Below are positions 60,255-64,000 of a stretch of 64,000 nucleotides of DNA, one piece after another. Where the stretch lies: assembly GCF_016432865.1 (NCBI RefSeq), contig NC_067404.1, forward strand, positions 75,640,001 through 75,704,000. The letters run 5' to 3'. The notes beneath the pieces were generated by a model, which saw only the letters and a list, made by a program, of their open reading frames with translations, had not been told where the DNA came from and ran no database searches. The stretch is from Antechinus flavipes. Taxonomy: Eukaryota. Position numbers and translations under genes: made by a program. The first letter of the stretch is position 1, and each line of letters starts with the position of its first letter.

Positions 60255-60417
60255 CTCAGTACTGTCTTAATGCTGGCAGTTTCCCAGATGCATTAAGCTG
60301 CCCAGGCTTGGAAGGGGGGACTCGATCCTTGCAGAGACTGGCTCTGGAGACATATTCTTACAGTCCAGAGAGGAAGGACAGTGTGAGCAAACCCCACCCT
60401 TTCACAGCCACTCAGTT
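60255..60417 (-). other. BTK: BTK non-coding exon 1
   Basis: Minus strand AACTGAGTGGCTGTGAAAGGGTGGGGTTTGCTCACACTGTCCTTCCTCTCTGGACTGTAAGAATATG... matches my recollection of the human BTK mRNA 5' end; donor GAG|GTGGGT at 60254. Confidence 0.88.
60267..60353 (-). other. Upstream ORF in BTK exon 1, 28 aa: MSPEPVSARIESPLPSLGSLMHLGNCQH*
   Basis: ATG 60353, in-frame second ATG 60293, TAA 60269-60267; read directly from the sequence. Confidence 0.75.
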
Positions 60418-60450
60418 CCCCTTTTTTTGTTTCCTGACTTAAACCAATGT
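60380..60450 (-). promoter_or_regulatory. BTK TATA-less promoter with PU.1/ETS and Sp1/Sp3-type sites
   Basis: AAAAAAAGGGGAACT (PU-box like) at the TSS, CAGGAAAC just upstream, GGGTGGGG GT-box. Confidence 0.7.
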
Positions 60451-63399
60451 CTTTTTTTTTTCTTCTCCCTTCTCAGAGGCATGGTATCTTATTTCCCCTT
60501 CCATTTGCTTGGAACCCCCAACACTGCCACCATGAGTTGGGCTGGCAAAAAGCCCTCTCCGCCTACTTTGGTGTCACAGAGGCTCAGACCATAGCGCCTT
60601 GACCAAGCAGCCAGGCCATGAAGGTGGTTTCAAGATTGCAGGAATGGGCAGGCAGAGAGAAAGGAGAAATGCAGAAATGGGGGGGGGCAGGGCAGGGAGA
60701 GAGAGGCAGAGAGACGGGTCAAGCTCTTGGTGAAGAAGAGTTGTATTATACAACCTTTGGCCCTATGTGATGGAGGGGCTTGGAGATGAAACAACTGGAA
60801 TGAAAGGGAGGGGTAGGGCAGAGGGGACAGAAAATGACAGAGCTAGAGATAGGAAGACTTCCTCTGTTGAGTCATTTTCTAAGAAAAAAATTTTTTTTCA
60901 ACAGATAAAAATGTCAGAACATGAACCAGGGCACAAACTTGCACTCTTCCGTATTTTCCAGGGATGATGAATTTTTTTTCCCATTTAAGACCCTTACCAT
61001 GAGACCGTGGCTTGAATTCTCTAGGGTTCTCTAATCCTGGAAAGCACACCTCCTGGGATCCAGTGGGGAGAACTTTTAGTCCTATCCCAACTGGCAGTAG
61101 CCAGTGGGCTGAGCGCCACTCCTGCCTCTGACCTGCCGCTTTACTACTCTCCATTGGGCATTCCAGGAAAGAACTAGATTCTCCCAGGAACTAGTTTGTG
61201 TTAACATATACGATCCCAAGAATCACAATCCTCGGGCAGCAGTTGGTGAGGGCATCAAGCTTTAGGCACTACATTGTAATGCTTGCTATATACCAGCATA
61301 TCCTTAGTTGCCTGAACTCAGACTCTGATGTCTGATGGAAAAGATCTTCCTAGTTTCTGTTGGAAGTTCATTAAAATTACTGAAACTGTTTAAATGTCTC
61401 TTGGATGCTTTTCTTTATATTGCTGTCACCTCTGGCTCTCTCCCATGCCCGGAAGTCCCTGTAAACCTTTTCTAAACAGCTGAGTGAAATAATAGATATT
61501 GACCACTTCTGACAACATACGCCTCATCATCCGCCCATGATCCCCTACCTCTTTGCAAAGAGGACAACAGTCTAATTTGCTGCATTCCAAATCTGTCTTG
61601 GATACTTGCTAGTCATGTGACCCTTAGCGGGTCACTTTGGTTTCCTTATCTCTATTACGGAGATAATAATAGCACCTACCTTACAGGATCTCTGGTGAGG
61701 AAAAAAAGAGGTAATATATGTTTAGTGTTTTGCCAGCCTTAGTCCTCGGGAGTCAAGATTGGTCATTGGATTGATGTGAATTCTAACCGTCTATTGACTG
61801 AGTAACTGACTCTTACTTCTGCCTCAGTTCACCATGTCTTCCCAAGCTTCTCTGAAGCCTTTATGTGCCTCTCAAGATTCTGAAAGCAACAAAGTTGTCT
61901 TAACTGGATACATATTTTTTAAAAGTCTTTTTATTGGCCAAGTATTGGCCTGGCTGATTCTCACATTTGCTCAAGGTAGATGGATAAGTAAAAATAACTG
62001 ACCTTTAAGTGGTGCTTTAAAGTTTGCAAAGAGTCAGTATAGTTACAAAAGTTATTATTATACTTATTTTACAGTCACGGAAACTGGCCGGGTAGCCAAT
62101 AAGCATGAGAAGTTGTATTTCAGTTTGGAGCTTCAGATGTCTGCTCTATACTTGTCACTTGAATCTCACTCTGTCCAACGCTGTAAACAAAACGCTTATC
62201 TCAGCAAGGATGCATCTGATTAGAGAAAGGTTTGGAGAGCCTGACTGTTAATTTTGTTTCCTTCCAAGTAGTAAAGCACTGGATTGGGTACCTTCCGTGG
62301 TCTGTGTTTTCTAGACAAATTGACAGAGATGGGCTGGCTTGTCCTTTGTGCTGCTGGATTTCTTAGAACACACTTAACTTGAAGTGGTCATCACATGGGA
62401 GCATGCACTCAAAGGAAGCCAAAGTGGGGTTCTGGGATATTCTGTTTGATTACTGGCTGCTAGCCTTCAGCTTTCTGGGGAGACAGGGGGAAAAGGCAAT
62501 GGAGACTTTCTCTTGGAAGGGATGATTTGCAGGTTACAGATGCTCCACGATTTCAGGTCGACCCCAAACTACAGGCATCTAATTTATTCAATCTAACCAA
62601 ACCAATTCTGTAAATTCTGGTAGTTAGCCAAAAGCCCAGGGAATGAAAGGGGAGTGATTGCCCCCCTATACACTGGATATTTCAGCAGTGTTATTGAGTG
62701 ACCAAGGTCTTGTGGCCTTCGGATCCTTTTGTATTGGACCAGGAAGATGGAGGGCCAGTCCCCCTGTGCCCCAGGGAACCGAGGATTTGGGGCTAGGAGG
62801 GTGATCATTCATATAGCCCCTTCATTTTACAGTTAGAGAAATGGAGGTCCAGAATGGGCCATGGAAGTAGGAAGTGGTAAGGTCAAGATTTGAGGTCATG
62901 TATTATTATCCAAAGAATTCAGAAATTAGCTCTCATTTGGTTGGCTCAATGTGGAATTTTGCACTTAAGAATAACAAACAAATAAATAATGAATAAATAA
63001 AAAATAAATAATGAGAAACAAACAATAAATAAAAAGTATCCCCCATCCTAGTGGAAAGAAAACTGGAATTGGTGTCAAAAAGCCTGGGTTCAAATCTATC
63101 CTTGTGTCATTGAGCAAGCTTCTTGGCCTCCCTGGGTCTGATTCCTTTTCTGTAAAATAAGTTCTGAGTAGATAACTTCCAAGGCTCTTCCAGCTCTGCC
63201 TCTGGTCCCCAGGATCCTATGTCTTTTTATGCCTCATCATGCCAGGAGGTGACTCAGCTTTGTAAGCACAGTATCTGCAAGCTGCAAATCGAATCAAGCT
63301 CAGACCAGCCCTTCTAAATTGGAAAGGCTTTGAGAGTGGGCCAAATGCTGGACTGTATACAATAGTGTCGATAATTTGCCATCTAGGTCAGCTAGGTGG

Positions 63400-63610
63400 G
63401 CTGGGAGTCTGGAAGGGCAGAGTTTAAATCTGGCCTCAGAGCCTTCCCAGCTGTGTGACCCGGGGCAAGTCGCTTCTTACTGTTTGCCTCAGTTTCCTCA
63501 TCTGTCTAATGAACTGAAGCAGGAAATGGCAAGCCACTCCAGGATCTCTGTCAAGAAAACCCCTAACGGGGTCACAGAAAGTTGGGCACAACTAAAACGA
63601 GAGACCAGCA
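63400..63610 (+). mobile_element. MAR1-type SINE
   Basis: GAGTTTAAATCTGGCCTCAG...GTGTGACCCGGGGCAAGTC...GGAAATGGCAAGCCACTCCAGG...CAAGAAAACCCC. Confidence 0.75.
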
Positions 63611-64000
63611 ACAATGTGCAGGAAGGGGTCGGAAGACTTTTGAGCTCTAGAAAAGACAGAGTTTTCCTCGGAGAAGAGTTCTGAGGCAGTGGTTTCCTCA
63701 AATGAAAAACCAGGCACGTCTAGAATGCCTTCAATCGGACTTGGGGATCACGGGGCTCTGTGACTTTGGACAAGTGCTTTTATTTCTCCGGGCCTCAGTT
63801 TATTCGCCTGTCATAGGAGGGGGTTGATCATGGGTTTAGAGCTGGAAGGGAACTTAAGAGATGTCACGCAAAAATATCATTTCCTTCTGATCTTGTCTTA
63901 TCTGAACGACGTCAAAGAGTCTAAACGTCTTCAAAGAGTCGGTCAGGCAAGGCGCGGGGGTGCTGTGGGGGAGTGTGTGGGAGGGGAGGAAGTCGGAGAA

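Noticed and set aside
59662-60270. 202-aa plus-strand ORF antisense to BTK intron 1/exon 1
   Set aside because: No recognisable domain, splice structure or promoter; plausible by chance. A cross-species frame check would settle it
63940-64000. G-rich end of the window as the start of the RPL36A region expected by synteny
   Set aside because: Too little sequence; no exon or motif recognisable

Overview
Eukaryotic genomic DNA, apparently from a marsupial: the MAR1/WSINE1-type SINEs, dense L2, L3/CR1 and L1 repeats and the dasyurid-like LTR point that way (inference). It corresponds to the conserved therian X region around BTK. Three intact protein-coding genes were reconstructed by hand with GT-AG boundaries. 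(1) A NIPA2-like Mg2+ transporter on +, with 5 coding exons (5262-15061, 353 aa) under a CpG-island promoter at about 2230-2720. That promoter also appears to drive a divergent gene leaving the window to the left, probably TAF7L by synteny. (2) TIMM8A on -, 2 exons, 95 aa. (3) BTK on -, 18 coding exons, 659 aa, plus non-coding exon 1 at about 60255-60417. Top leads: the NIPA gene looks like a fourth NIPA ohnologue lost from the eutherian X; a 28-codon uORF in BTK exon 1 that appears conserved with human; a 252-codon antisense coding-like relic in NIPA intron 3 with a possible KHDC/OOEP-type KH fragment; a 4x tandem NRF1/CCAAT-N9-GYAAAC module in the TIMM8A promoter; and an internal L1 RT fragment with a 15-bp TSD and no poly(A). 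Comparisons with human sequences are from memory and need checking. Repeat boundaries are approximate.
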